Shown: positions 1 through 9,612, counted from the first letter of the stretch. The stretch: 50,867 nt of DNA from a virus (IMGVR_UViG_3300006865_000002:1-50867), one strand, 5' to 3'. Numbers and translations are program-made. Notes: a model not told the origin generated them from the letters alone.

Positions 1-123
1 CACGAAGAAGGGGGAAAGCGCGTTCGATGCCTTGACCCGAAGGGTTTTGGAACTCCAACGGGAAGTCGAAAAGGTCGAACTCCGCAAGGTCAACGAAACC
101 GAGTTGCGGAAGATAGTAGACGG
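1..123. repeat. Terminal overlap identical to 50745-50867 (circular assembly; unit genome 50744 bp)
   Basis: 123-nt exact direct repeat cacgaagaag...tagacgg at both ends; the tape-measure reading frame is continuous across the junction. Confidence 0.97.
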
Positions 124-1189
124 CTTCCGGCAAATCGGAACCGAAGCGGACAAGATCGGGCGTGACCTTGCGGCGGGGCTGATTACCCCGCTCCAAGCCG
201 TTGATTCCCGATTGAAGGCCGCGCAAGACAGCTTGCGGGCATTCTTGGACTCGACCCAAGACCAGCAAATCCAAATCGCCGTAGAAGTGTTGGGCGTCGA
301 TTCGGCGGAAGAAGCAATCCAACAGCTTACGGCCAGCTTGAAGGAAGCGCAGGAAGCCGCCGCCCAAATCAAGATCGAAGAACAGCAATCGGAAACGTTC
401 CGCAATTTCGAGCGGACCATACAGGCCGTCCCCGAAGCGTTCGCGGCAATCCAAACCCGTTTGGACAGGGGTTTTATCACGCCCCTTGAAGCCGCCCGGG
501 AACGCGCCCGCGCGCTGGAAGAATCAATCTTGCGGATCGACCAAGCCGCCGCCAAGGTCGAAGGCCCCCGGCTGACCGAAGCCTTGGAAACGGCGGCGGT
601 CGAAGTGGATCGTTTGCTTTCCGAACTGGAAAAGGACCGGGAGATTATAGCGGACGTGCAAATCCGCGAGGATTTCCAAAGGACTTTCGCGGAGCCCTTC
701 AGCCAAGCAATCGGGGACGCCGTGTCTCGCGGTATTCTGGAAGGCGAAGACGCCATGCAGATACTAGCGGGCGTCGGGGAAAACCTGTTCTCCAACTTCC
801 TGAAACAGTCAATTGACTTCTTCCAAAAGGGAATGACCGACGCCCTTACGTCCATCGCGGGCGCGGGCGGGGAAATCCTTGGCGGGCTGTTCTCTTCGCT
901 GGTCGGGCTGGCGGGATTCTTCCTTTCAGGAAGAGGGGACCAGCAAACCAGCCAGTCCTTTGAGTCCGTCCAAGGCCAAGTGGAGTCCACCCAAGCGGTA
1001 CGCGGGATCGTTGCGGGGCCGGAATCGGTTTCAATCGCGGCGGTCGGGGAGAACTTGCGCCGGGCCATGGTCGGGGTTGAAGCCCGGCTTGACGCCCTTA
1101 TCCGGGTCGCGGCTCAAATTCGAGACGGTCAAGGCGTGGGCGGCACGTCGGCGGGTACGCCGTTTGCCGGGACCGTGCCGACTTCATAG
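2..1189 (+). CDS. Tape measure protein, C-terminal part (begins at 49618 and wraps; about 771 aa total)
   Basis: In frame with the ORF starting at 49618; helical Ala/Glu/Gln-rich sequence, Gly-rich hydrophobic patch, follows the tail chaperone genes. Confidence 0.85.
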   Translation, partial: TKKGESAFDALTRRVLELQREVEKVELRKVNETELRKIVDGFRQIGTEADKIGRDLAAGLITPLQAVDSRLKAAQDSLRAFLDSTQDQQIQIAVEVLGVDSAEEAIQQLTASLKEAQEAAAQIKIEEQQSETFRNFERTIQAVPEAFAAIQTRLDRGFITPLEAARERARALEESILRIDQAAAKVEGPRLTEALETAAVEVDRLLSELEKDREIIADVQIREDFQRTFAEPFSQAIGDAVSRGILEGEDAMQILAGVGENLFSNFLKQSIDFFQKGMTDALTSIAGAGGEILGGLFSSLVGLAGFFLSGRGDQQTSQSFESVQGQVESTQAVRGIVAGPESVSIAAVGENLRRAMVGVEARLDALIRVAAQIRDGQGVGGTSAGTPFAGTVPTS

Positions 1190-1201
1190 AAAGGAAAAGA
1201 C

Positions 1202-2011
1202 ATGTCCGACTATTCGCTTTCCCAACGCGGCCTAATCAGCGCGACCAGCGCGGACGGGGCCGGGCCGAAGGATGCAACCTTGGCGTCGGCGGTCAAGCTG
1301 TCGTCGGTCGTGGTCTTCGGATTCATCCGTGACCGACGCCGAAACGCTTTCGTTCAGCGCGGCCAAATCGCGGCGGCGAACCCGGACACGTCGCCCAAGG
1401 ATTCCGCCGCGTTCACGGCGGTTGACGTGGACGCTTCCCATATCGTTTCGAGTTGGCGGGAAAACCGGGCGGGCAACGCCCAGGGCGCGACTTTCAAGTT
1501 GCTTTCCCCTACCCAAGTCCGCATGGAATGGGACGGAACCCTTGGGGTGGGCGAGACGCTTACCGGGGAATTCGAAGTCGTGGAACACAAGCCCCGGCGC
1601 GCGGCCTTCCTCCGCATCCTGAACGCGACGACGGTTCGGTTGGAGTGGGACGGGTCGCTTGCCGCCGGGGAAACCATCGAAGCCCATTACGAAGTTTGGG
1701 ACATCGAAAATTTGGGCGACGACGTGAAGGAACTTCTTTTCCGGCTCCAAAGGATGTTGGCCTACTTGGGCGAAAACTTGTTGCAAGACAAGATCGTATA
1801 CGACGACGCGGGCAACATGGTTTCGTACCGTCTCCGGTTGTTCAACTCCAAGGTCAACGCCGAAGCCGCCACGGTGGACACGCCGGGCGCGTTCGAAACC
1901 GGGGAGTTGGCCCGACAGACGGTCACGCAAGATATCAACTTCGCCAAGAACGACCGCCTTTCGCTTATCCGAGTCCTTACCGACTTGCTGGCAACGCCGG
2001 GGGTCAACTAA
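1202..2011 (+). CDS. Putative tail/virion protein with an internal duplicated beta module
   Basis: RBS aaagga; directly after the TMP; repeat VRMEWDGTLGVGETLTGEFEV / VRLEWDGSLAAGETIEAHYEV. Confidence 0.6.
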   Translation: MSDYSLSQRGLISATSADGAGPKDATLASAVKLSSVVVFGFIRDRRRNAFVQRGQIAAANPDTSPKDSAAFTAVDVDASHIVSSWRENRAGNAQGATFKLLSPTQVRMEWDGTLGVGETLTGEFEVVEHKPRRAAFLRILNATTVRLEWDGSLAAGETIEAHYEVWDIENLGDDVKELLFRLQRMLAYLGENLLQDKIVYDDAGNMVSYRLRLFNSKVNAEAATVDTPGAFETGELARQTVTQDINFAKNDRLSLIRVLTDLLATPGVN

Positions 2012-2014
2012 CTT

Positions 2015-2170
2015 GTGCGGATCAATGAAAGGGACTTCCGAAGGGCCGTCCACCTATTCAAGTTGAAGTGGCGACGGGGCTACTTCAACCGATTGGAGGA
2101 ACGCGAGTTCGATAAGGAACTGGAACGGTTGCTAGAGTTGTACCTAGAACTTAAATCCAAAAAGGATTGA
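2015..2170 (+). CDS. Small hypothetical protein (51 aa, MRINERDFRR...)
   Basis: GTG-start ORF exactly filling the gap between neighbours; below the ORF track cutoff. Confidence 0.5.
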   Translation: MRINERDFRRAVHLFKLKWRRGYFNRLEEREFDKELERLLELYLELKSKKD

Positions 2171-2172
2171 CG

Positions 2173-2766
2173 ATGGACGCCGCGACCCAAGGATACATGC
2201 CGACGTACTGGAATGCGCCCTTTGACTGGCCGGGGCCTTGGCATCGGGTCGCGGCTCATAAGAAGGACGCGCGCCTTTGCCCTTCGTTCGGCGGCGGTCG
2301 CCGGATGCGGCATCCGTTCTTGGACCCCATCGTTTACCCGAGGAACCCCGACCGGACCTTGAACTACGGCTATGACCGTTTGCGGAAGGTCCGCAGCGTG
2401 ATTATCAAGACGCTGGATTCGTCGGCGGTCGCCAAGTATCCCGAAGTGGCGGAAGACGTGGTTATCCGTGAAATCTGGTTGGCCGAAACCCTTTCGACCT
2501 TTACGGAACTCTTCCACCAATTCCATACGTACCTTCGGGAAATCCTGCCCCCGGGTCGATTCATCGGCTGGCAACCCAAAGACCTTTCGCCCAAAAACTA
2601 CTTCGTGGAATTGCTTGATGTCCAATGCGGGACGCCGGACGATTTCCAAATCGAAGAGTTGGGCGACGACCGACCGTACTACATGCGCGAACAACTGACC
2701 GTCTCGTTTAAGTTGGTCCGTGAAATCCAAGCCCCGGCGGGCGTGGTCAACGTGGTGGGGTTCTAA
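2173..2766 (+). CDS. Putative tail protein (distal-tail-like position and size)
   Basis: Position after the TMP, about 200 aa, tightly packed. Confidence 0.5.
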   Translation: MDAATQGYMPTYWNAPFDWPGPWHRVAAHKKDARLCPSFGGGRRMRHPFLDPIVYPRNPDRTLNYGYDRLRKVRSVIIKTLDSSAVAKYPEVAEDVVIREIWLAETLSTFTELFHQFHTYLREILPPGRFIGWQPKDLSPKNYFVELLDVQCGTPDDFQIEELGDDRPYYMREQLTVSFKLVREIQAPAGVVNVVGF

Positions 2767-2767
2767 C

Positions 2768-4174
2768 ATGTCGCTTCAAAGCCATGGTCAAATCCCCGCG
2801 CTGGACTTCGATAGGGTCCACCGTGCGGACGAACCGCGTTTGCGCCAGCCGATCCCCGCTCTTAACGCGGCGTTGGAGAACGCGAACCAAACGCTTGACA
2901 AGGTAGTTGCCGCGCTGAACCGCGCGGGCTCCAACCCCCGGAACCCGATTCTTTCCGGCCTTGGCGGTCAATTCCAATTCTCGTTGGCCGTGGCCGACCA
3001 GTTGAAGGGCGTTTTCATCTTTCAGGATCGGGCCAACATCGGTTCGAACCTGAAGCCCGTTACGTCGATTCTTGCGCCCGGCGTCTACGGGATTAATCAC
3101 GTCTATGGAGCCGGGCAATCAATCGCGGGCTCCCCCGCCACGGGCGCGCGGAAGAACTTCCTTCGTGTCCAATCGGCTTTCGGCACGGTGGAAAAGGAAT
3201 TTTGGGTCAAGACCAAGGACGCGGACATTGTGGCCGTGGACGGGAAGCCCGTCCTTGATCCCGACACGCTGCTACCCGTGGTCTTGGATTTCTTCATCGA
3301 AGACCCGTCCCGGCCTTGGCTTCAACTCCCTATCGACTTCTTCGTTTCGTGGAACGATGAATTTCAAGTCCTGCACAACGCCAAGAATCCGTTTCTTGAC
3401 CCGGGCTTCCTGAAAGCCTACGGCGGGTCCAAGTTCGTTTCGTTCTTCGACAGCATCCCGGGAACCGAGGGGGTGGGCGTCAAGGTCAACCCGGTTACGC
3501 AAGCCCCCATCGAAGATCAACACTTGGTCGAAGTCCAAAACACCCCGGGGTTGAAGGAATTTACCGTCCGGTTCCGATCCAAACTGGGTTCGCCCTACTT
3601 CGTGGACTGCCCGGTTGTCCTGAACATCATTGCCCCGCCCGTCACGTCTTGCGACCCCCCGGTTATGGGACCGCCCGAGACGTGTACGGCGGTCTTGGTC
3701 CCGTTCGGAACCCCGATCCCGGCGGGAGCCCCGGACGTTCCTTCGGTCCCGGGCGTTCCGGTCGTGGTCGGAACTCCGGGCAACCCGGCGACGAAAGACC
3801 TTCTAATCGTCACCGTGCGGGGCGCGGTCACGTCGGCGGGCAAAACCCTTCTGGTCCGCCGCTGGAAGTACGTAACGTCGCCCGCCGATTTGTCCGGTAC
3901 GTATACGGACATCGTGTCGGAAGTGGGGAACTACATCCCGCTTGCGAACCCGTCCGCCAGCCCCGCGCCGGGCTCCCCGTACAACCCGGGCGAACGGCTT
4001 ACCATGGCGTTCGACGTGGGCCAAGACCGGGCGGACCTTGTGGCGTGGTATACGGTTCAAGTCGTGGACGCGGCAGGGCTTGGGGGTCCGCCTATGCTGA
4101 TCCCCGGCCCCCGAGCCCGGGATATCCAGTTCACGGCCCCCGGCGGAACGGGCGGGGAAGGACTCTGCTACTAA
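2768..4174 (+). CDS. Putative tail/baseplate protein
   Basis: ATG just after the previous stop; Pro/Gly/Val-rich, beta-type composition; tail module. Confidence 0.55.
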   Translation: MSLQSHGQIPALDFDRVHRADEPRLRQPIPALNAALENANQTLDKVVAALNRAGSNPRNPILSGLGGQFQFSLAVADQLKGVFIFQDRANIGSNLKPVTSILAPGVYGINHVYGAGQSIAGSPATGARKNFLRVQSAFGTVEKEFWVKTKDADIVAVDGKPVLDPDTLLPVVLDFFIEDPSRPWLQLPIDFFVSWNDEFQVLHNAKNPFLDPGFLKAYGGSKFVSFFDSIPGTEGVGVKVNPVTQAPIEDQHLVEVQNTPGLKEFTVRFRSKLGSPYFVDCPVVLNIIAPPVTSCDPPVMGPPETCTAVLVPFGTPIPAGAPDVPSVPGVPVVVGTPGNPATKDLLIVTVRGAVTSAGKTLLVRRWKYVTSPADLSGTYTDIVSEVGNYIPLANPSASPAPGSPYNPGERLTMAFDVGQDRADLVAWYTVQVVDAAGLGGPPMLIPGPRARDIQFTAPGGTGGEGLCY

Positions 4175-4875
4175 TGCCGACCAAGCAAGCCCAATTGGTT
4201 ACGGCGGTCATGCCGACCCGGAATCGTCCGGGCTTGGTTAAGTTCGCCGTCGAACTCTTTTTGGCACAAACCTACCCGTGCAAAGAACTGATCATCGTTG
4301 ACGATGGGACGTTGCCCGCCGAAATCCCTTCGGATTCGCGGGTCAAGTATATTCGCGTGGAGCCCATGACCATTGGGGCCAAGCACAACCTTGGTTGTGG
4401 GCTGGCGCAGGGCGAATACATGATCCATTGGGACGACGACGATTGGTTTGCCCCGCGACGTATTTCAATGCAACTTGAGCCTATCGCGCTTGGAAAAGTC
4501 GCCATTACCGGAATCCCCATGGGCCATCAACTTCGGTTTGCTGAAAAGCAATTCTTCTACTGGAAACGCGGATACCCGCGCGGAACTCGCCCGGTCAAGT
4601 TCAAGTTCCACGACAGTACGGCGGCGTTTTCCCGAAAGGTTTGGGACTTCGGAATCCGGTACACGGATTTGAACATGGGGGAGAAGGTCGATTTCATCGA
4701 AGCCGCCATGCTGCAAGGCTTCGCGGAAACCCCGATCCCCAATCATGGGTTGTTCGTGTACGGTCGGCATCGTCGCAACGCTTGGGTGTTCCCCGACTTC
4801 TGGTTGCGGCCCGTGGTCCGACCCGGCAACTTCCCCGAATCGCATTTGGACCGATACGCGGAGATTGTGGGCTAA
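4174..4875 (+). CDS. Glycosyltransferase family 2 (GT-A fold)
   Basis: VMPTRNR...AQTY...ELIIVDDG...GAKHNLG...GEYMIHWDDDDW (DxD) motifs; TAATG coupling on both sides. Confidence 0.9.
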   Translation: MPTKQAQLVTAVMPTRNRPGLVKFAVELFLAQTYPCKELIIVDDGTLPAEIPSDSRVKYIRVEPMTIGAKHNLGCGLAQGEYMIHWDDDDWFAPRRISMQLEPIALGKVAITGIPMGHQLRFAEKQFFYWKRGYPRGTRPVKFKFHDSTAAFSRKVWDFGIRYTDLNMGEKVDFIEAAMLQGFAETPIPNHGLFVYGRHRRNAWVFPDFWLRPVVRPGNFPESHLDRYAEIVG

Positions 4876-6536
4876 TGGCTAGGTTCATTCTTCCGGGGTC
4901 TAGGCTTAACGAAATCGCGGGCTCCCCGATTCGTTACCCCGCGTGGAAGGTCTACATTTGGAACCCGCGTTGCGTCACCATAAACCAAATCGCTTCGGGA
5001 GAAGTGACCGAGCCGCCGGAAGACCTTACGCCGTTCGTGGAGTCGGTCCAGTACCGGGAAAACATAGGTTTTGAAAATGGCAACGACCCCACGACGCCGC
5101 AAGCTACTTTCAATCTCAGAAGAAACCCCAACACGGGGAAGAACATCCGGCGCGGCTGGATCGAAGATGGGGTTATCGTCCAAATCCGACAAGGGGACTT
5201 GAGGGTTGACCCGAAGGACTGGATTCCGATTTTTACCGGAACGTTCCGGGGCCGACCCGGGGACAACCCGGGAATTCCTGCCGACTTGACCGAGGGTCTA
5301 CAGGCCACGGCCTACGGGCGGGAGGAACGTTACTTGAACCTGTCCGTTACGACGGACAAGTTTCCCAAGGACACGGACCTTGGGGATATGCTGGTTTCCA
5401 TTGCCCAACAGCATTTGGGCTTGGGTCAAAACGAAATCCTTATCGGAAGCCAAGGCTTCGAATCCAAGCATTTGACCAACCAAATTGTCGAACACCCCGC
5501 GCTTACGACCCTTTGGGAACTCCTGTTCCCGGTAGGGAAAAAGCCCAAGTTCGATTCGCTTGGACGGCTGGTTGCCGTGGACGTGAACCTTGATAAGCCC
5601 GCCGCCCGCGTGTATTCGGACGGCAATACGCTTATCATGTCCAAGATTGCGAATCCGAACGACGTTGAAGTAAACAACTCCATCGTCCTTCGCGGGCTGG
5701 AACACGACCTTAGCCGCATCATTCAAGAACAGCAATTGCTTACGGAGTTCGAAGTCACTACGGGATTTTTCGATTCCGAGTACGACGAACGGATTTACTA
5801 CAGCCAAGACCGTTCCCAACGCGCCCAAGAAACGTTCTTGGTCACGAAGAAGAAAATCCTTTGGTCGTCGGCGGATTGGGCGGAAGTTGACGAATTCTCC
5901 GGGCAAGTCACCATTGATACGCACTATCTTAGGGACGCCCGGGTAATCATCTTCTCTACCTACTTGGCTACCCAAGTATTCGTAGCGGCTTTGGATCTAA
6001 TCATGTTCGCCGGGGGTCAAGCCGCCGCCAATGCCATTATAATTCCCCCGGCTACGACCGTCGCCATTCTCCGAGAAATCCTATACGTGGTTTCGATTGT
6101 CGCGCTGGCGGGCTTGCTTTGGGCAATGCAATTCGTTGGGCGCGGTCGCTACGAAGTCCACGGCAAGCCCTTTGAGTACGTCTACCGTGAACTGGTTTCC
6201 CGGCATCAACTGGCGGGGCTGGCCCCGGAGCAAGTGAGGGAAACGGAATTCCGAAACGATTTCGTTTCGGACATGGTGACGTTGGACAGACTGGCGGAAG
6301 AACACTTGCGCCGGGAATTGGTCAAGGACCAGTTGTTCACGATTACCATTGTGGACGACCCCGTTTTGGAAGTGGACGACGTGATAGAGACGGCGGAAGG
6401 CGACCGTTTCTATATCGTTTCGGTCCAGAAGGAACTACAGCGGGAAGGCCGACCGACCATGACCTTGACTTGCTGGCAAATCGCCAGCGGCAAGACCGCG
6501 CCGATTGAAGCGTTGGAGTTGCACCATGGCGCGTAA
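4875..6536 (+). CDS. Tail tip / baseplate hub-like protein containing a hydrophobic hairpin
   Basis: Large tail-module gene; hub-like C-terminus DDPVLEVDDVI...FYIVSVQKEL; two TM-like segments. Confidence 0.6.
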   Translation: MARFILPGSRLNEIAGSPIRYPAWKVYIWNPRCVTINQIASGEVTEPPEDLTPFVESVQYRENIGFENGNDPTTPQATFNLRRNPNTGKNIRRGWIEDGVIVQIRQGDLRVDPKDWIPIFTGTFRGRPGDNPGIPADLTEGLQATAYGREERYLNLSVTTDKFPKDTDLGDMLVSIAQQHLGLGQNEILIGSQGFESKHLTNQIVEHPALTTLWELLFPVGKKPKFDSLGRLVAVDVNLDKPAARVYSDGNTLIMSKIANPNDVEVNNSIVLRGLEHDLSRIIQEQQLLTEFEVTTGFFDSEYDERIYYSQDRSQRAQETFLVTKKKILWSSADWAEVDEFSGQVTIDTHYLRDARVIIFSTYLATQVFVAALDLIMFAGGQAAANAIIIPPATTVAILREILYVVSIVALAGLLWAMQFVGRGRYEVHGKPFEYVYRELVSRHQLAGLAPEQVRETEFRNDFVSDMVTLDRLAEEHLRRELVKDQLFTITIVDDPVLEVDDVIETAEGDRFYIVSVQKELQREGRPTMTLTCWQIASGKTAPIEALELHHGA

Positions 6537-7221
6537 TATCGCGGTCTTCAGCCGCCGGGAACTTGAAGCCCATCGGCAGTTCGTTTCAGGGGTCACGGCC
6601 AGCGCGCCCCGTTACGAACCCGTGGACGGCGCGGGCAACAAGGAATGGATCGTTGATATCTACATCGGACCCTTGGAAGTCCAAGCCGCCGAAGGGCTGG
6701 CGAACATTGTTCGCAACGTCCCTATCGCCCCCTACGCCCGCCAGCGCGTGACGGACATTCGCCAGCCCGTCACCATGGAGCGGAGCAAGCAAGGCAAGTA
6801 CACCGTGGTTGGGCGGTCCAAGATTCTTCCTTCGGGAACCCAACTTCAAGGCGAATCCATTTTCGAGCCGACCTATCATGAAGTGAAACACAACTTGGCC
6901 GACTTGAAGTTGCTTTGGGTTGCCGATCTTGATTTCGAGTTGGAGCCCTTGCAGTCCAGCCCGACGACCCCGCTTCAGGCCAGCGCATCGGAGCCCCTTC
7001 AAGTGGTCAAGGCTTACGACGGGTTCGGGAAACAGGCTGTCGGCCCCGGGGCGTCGTGCGGCAACGAAGCAATCGACCCCGTGGCCGGGTCCACGACCAC
7101 GACCCGGCACGTTCGCATTACCCCGGCAAAGTTCGGGCCGAAGGGCGACCCCTTGGCTATGGATTGGGGCGTTGGCCCCCTGCAACCGTTCTTCCAAGAG
7201 ATTGTGGAACTAACCGTTTGA
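6526..7221 (+). CDS. Putative tail protein
   Basis: Overlaps the previous stop, RBS ggag, tail module. Confidence 0.55.
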   Translation: MARNIAVFSRRELEAHRQFVSGVTASAPRYEPVDGAGNKEWIVDIYIGPLEVQAAEGLANIVRNVPIAPYARQRVTDIRQPVTMERSKQGKYTVVGRSKILPSGTQLQGESIFEPTYHEVKHNLADLKLLWVADLDFELEPLQSSPTTPLQASASEPLQVVKAYDGFGKQAVGPGASCGNEAIDPVAGSTTTTRHVRITPAKFGPKGDPLAMDWGVGPLQPFFQEIVELTV

Positions 7222-7234
7222 TGGAGGATTCGCT

Positions 7235-8260
7235 ATGCCCCCGCTTTCTCTAACCGATTTCAACGCTTCGGATTTGGATTATGTCCAAAAGCTGAACAAC
7301 AACAACACGGCGATTGAAGCGGCGGTCAACGCCCTTCAAGCGCAAGTGTTGGCGTCCGTGGGCGAAGGCGTGGACTTGATCCTTGATACCTTCGACCGGG
7401 ACGGGCTGGTTGGAGCCCATTCCTACGTACTCGATTTGGACAACTACCCGGGCGGTTCCCAAATCACTATCGGGCGTCGTCCGGCCCCGTTGTTCCCCGG
7501 CGAAGTGGACAAGTCGATTGCTTGGGGGACGTACTCCGGGGAACATTTCCGGGTTTCCATGACGGGCGACCTTGTGTTGAACGCCATTTCGATTGTGTCG
7601 GGCCTTCCGAAGACGATCTATGTTGGAATCCCTTCGGACGGAATCCCGCAATTGTTCGAAAGCGGCGCGGTCCCCAACGTCCTTTACGTCTACAGCATGA
7701 CGTGGGACGGGTACAGCTTGAAGGACTTCCGGCGGCTGGCCCCCATCCTGCCCCACTACTCCGCGCTTCAAGGCATCGCCGGGGCTCCGCGATTCTTCAC
7801 GCTGTTCGATTCCGAAACCGATTGGACTTCGGAAATCGTGGGCAGTTCGGAAATCACTCTCCCGGGCGCGCGGGACGACAACGAAATTGACGTGGACGGC
7901 GCGGTTGAAATCCTTGGCTTCTTCATGACCGCCGGGAAGCCGGGAACGGACGGGTTCGCGGCCACGGGCTCCACTCCTGAACACAATAAGGTTGGGGTCA
8001 AGGTCGTGTCCGCCGCCGAAGACTACACCGAAACGCCGTTCGAATTCGACGCTTCGAACGTGCCGGATACCATCTTCAGGAAGATCAACCCCGCTTTGCA
8101 GGACAAGCGGTTTGTGACCGAAGTTCAACGCTTCACGTTGGAGCGTACCGAGTTGGGGCCGTTCGTGATTTCGGCCCGCGCCTTTTCGTGGGGGATCATC
8201 TATCGTCCGATCATCGGGATTCCGATTCCGAAGGACCAAGGCGACGTTGTGTTGATCTAG
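7235..8260 (+). CDS. Putative tail/virion protein
   Basis: RBS ggagg; N-terminal KLNNNNTAIEAAV segment typical of fibre anchor regions. Confidence 0.55.
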   Translation: MPPLSLTDFNASDLDYVQKLNNNNTAIEAAVNALQAQVLASVGEGVDLILDTFDRDGLVGAHSYVLDLDNYPGGSQITIGRRPAPLFPGEVDKSIAWGTYSGEHFRVSMTGDLVLNAISIVSGLPKTIYVGIPSDGIPQLFESGAVPNVLYVYSMTWDGYSLKDFRRLAPILPHYSALQGIAGAPRFFTLFDSETDWTSEIVGSSEITLPGARDDNEIDVDGAVEILGFFMTAGKPGTDGFAATGSTPEHNKVGVKVVSAAEDYTETPFEFDASNVPDTIFRKINPALQDKRFVTEVQRFTLERTELGPFVISARAFSWGIIYRPIIGIPIPKDQGDVVLI

Positions 8261-8305
8261 CGACCGGGGTTAGGACCGGGTAAGGGGTAACGAGTCGAAA
8301 TCAAT

Positions 8306-8635
8306 TTGGAGGGTCTAACCTTGGAAGATGAACTTAGGGAAGTCCTGAACGAAATGAAGGACACGACCAACCGGGGATTCGCCCGGCTGGAAGGAAAGGT
8401 CGAAGGACTTAGCAGCGGGCTACAGGCCCATATGCTTGAGTCCGCGACCCGGCACGTTGAAGTTTCGTCCACGTCCAAGGCGGCGCATCGTCGGATGGAC
8501 GAACACTTAGACGACCACAAGACCGGATCGGGGCGGCGTTGGGAATTGATCGTTGCCCTTGCTATCGCGGCCTTGTCCGGCGTCGGAACCCTGATCATGG
8601 CGTTGGTCCAACTGTACGCGAAGAAAGGTCCGTAA
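8306..8635 (+). CDS. Coiled-coil protein with C-terminal TM helix (holin/XhlA-like)
   Basis: AHRRMD motif followed by WELIVALAIAALSGVGTLIMALVQLY; lysis-cassette position. Confidence 0.55.
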   Translation: MEGLTLEDELREVLNEMKDTTNRGFARLEGKVEGLSSGLQAHMLESATRHVEVSSTSKAAHRRMDEHLDDHKTGSGRRWELIVALAIAALSGVGTLIMALVQLYAKKGP

Positions 8636-8658
8636 CCGTTTTGGAAAGGGGAACTATC

Positions 8659-9315
8659 ATGCGTTGGATTCTGGCGGTTTGGGTGCTGGTCGTGTTCACG
8701 GGCGCGGGGTGCGCGTCCAAGGATCGGGTCACGGAAGGGGACCGGGAATTGTCGCATCAAAACAAGGAAGCGGCAAAGGTCATTCAAGCCAAGACCGACA
8801 ACCCGGAAGTCGTGGCCCCGGCAAAGGACATCGAAGCCAATTCCCAACAGCAATTGGAGAATTGGGGCGCGCCCAAGGAACCCAAGCCCTACAGCGCGAC
8901 GGCTTCGAAGGAATCCCGGGACAAGTCCAAAGAGGAACACAAGGAAAGCCCGTTTTGGCCTGTCGCCATGGGCATACTTGGTACGGTCCTTGGTTGGGCG
9001 ACCCGAGCAACCCCGCTTGGGAACATTCCCTTTTTGGGGAAGCTGATTGAATCGGTTTCCCCCCGGCTGGCGAATGGGGCCAGCAAAAACGAAGCGGTCG
9101 CCCTTGGTCTTCAAGTGGCTTTGGACGTGGGCCGGGACGAACTGGACAAGCTGGCCGCGCGCCTTCGCCAAGAACTTTCGGACAAGCCCGCGTTGGCCGC
9201 GCTGGTTCCCGATGGGCATATGCTGGTTGACGTTGTTCGAAGGGTCATGGCCGACCGGGGCTTGCTGGACGCCAATACGAAGTTGTACGCGAAGAACGAC
9301 ACGGGCGTTGCCTAG
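8659..9315 (+). CDS. Lipoprotein with an internal TM segment (u-spanin-like candidate)
   Basis: Signal MRWILAVWVLVVFTGAG|C lipobox; second hydrophobic segment FWPVAMGILGTVLGWA. Confidence 0.55.
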   Translation: MRWILAVWVLVVFTGAGCASKDRVTEGDRELSHQNKEAAKVIQAKTDNPEVVAPAKDIEANSQQQLENWGAPKEPKPYSATASKESRDKSKEEHKESPFWPVAMGILGTVLGWATRATPLGNIPFLGKLIESVSPRLANGASKNEAVALGLQVALDVGRDELDKLAARLRQELSDKPALAALVPDGHMLVDVVRRVMADRGLLDANTKLYAKNDTGVA

Positions 9316-9380
9316 TCCGTTCGATACTACCCCCGAGCCCTGCCCGGGGAATAGTTAGGCCCGTACTCCATCCGGGCCGG

Positions 9381-9412
9381 GGAAGGCTCCCGCAAGGGGG
9401 CCTTTCTTTTTT
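9381..9412 (+). terminator. Rho-independent terminator ending the late operon
   Basis: GGAAGGCTCCC-GCAA-GGGGGCCTTTC followed by T6. Confidence 0.8.
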
Positions 9413-9547
9413 GGTCTAGGTTCCTGCATGTCAACGGGAGTACCCCCCGGTATGGCCCTATTCATCGTGTAAGTAAAGTTTTTTTTATTAGTATATTAAT
9501 CAACCCTTCCCCTTCCCCTCCCCCTAGGGGGGTACCCCCGTGACATG
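9413..9547. repeat. AT-rich element, copy 1 (copy 2 at 31507-31662)
   Basis: 21-nt block 9413-9433 and 35-nt block 9459-9493 identical to copy 2; flanked by an imperfect inverted repeat catgtca(a)cgggRgtacccccc. Confidence 0.85.
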
Positions 9548-9583
9548 GCGTATTTTTATTTTAATTGCGCGTGTCGATTTGTG

Positions 9584-9612
9584 TTGACAACTTGGGTTAA
9601 CCGTCGTATTAT
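9584..9612 (+). promoter_or_regulatory. Strong sigma70-type early promoter
   Basis: TTGACA-N17-TATTAT with an AT-rich upstream tract. Confidence 0.8.

Noticed and set aside
3649-4173. N-terminal extensions in the ORF track (3649, 4641, 12627, 14580, 16150, 43527 and others)
   Set aside because: They overlap upstream genes in other frames; true starts are at coupled ATGs or RBS sites downstream
9427-9547. MITE or IS element suggested by the inverted arms
   Set aside because: No transposase, no target-site duplication, and identity between the copies extends outside the inverted arms
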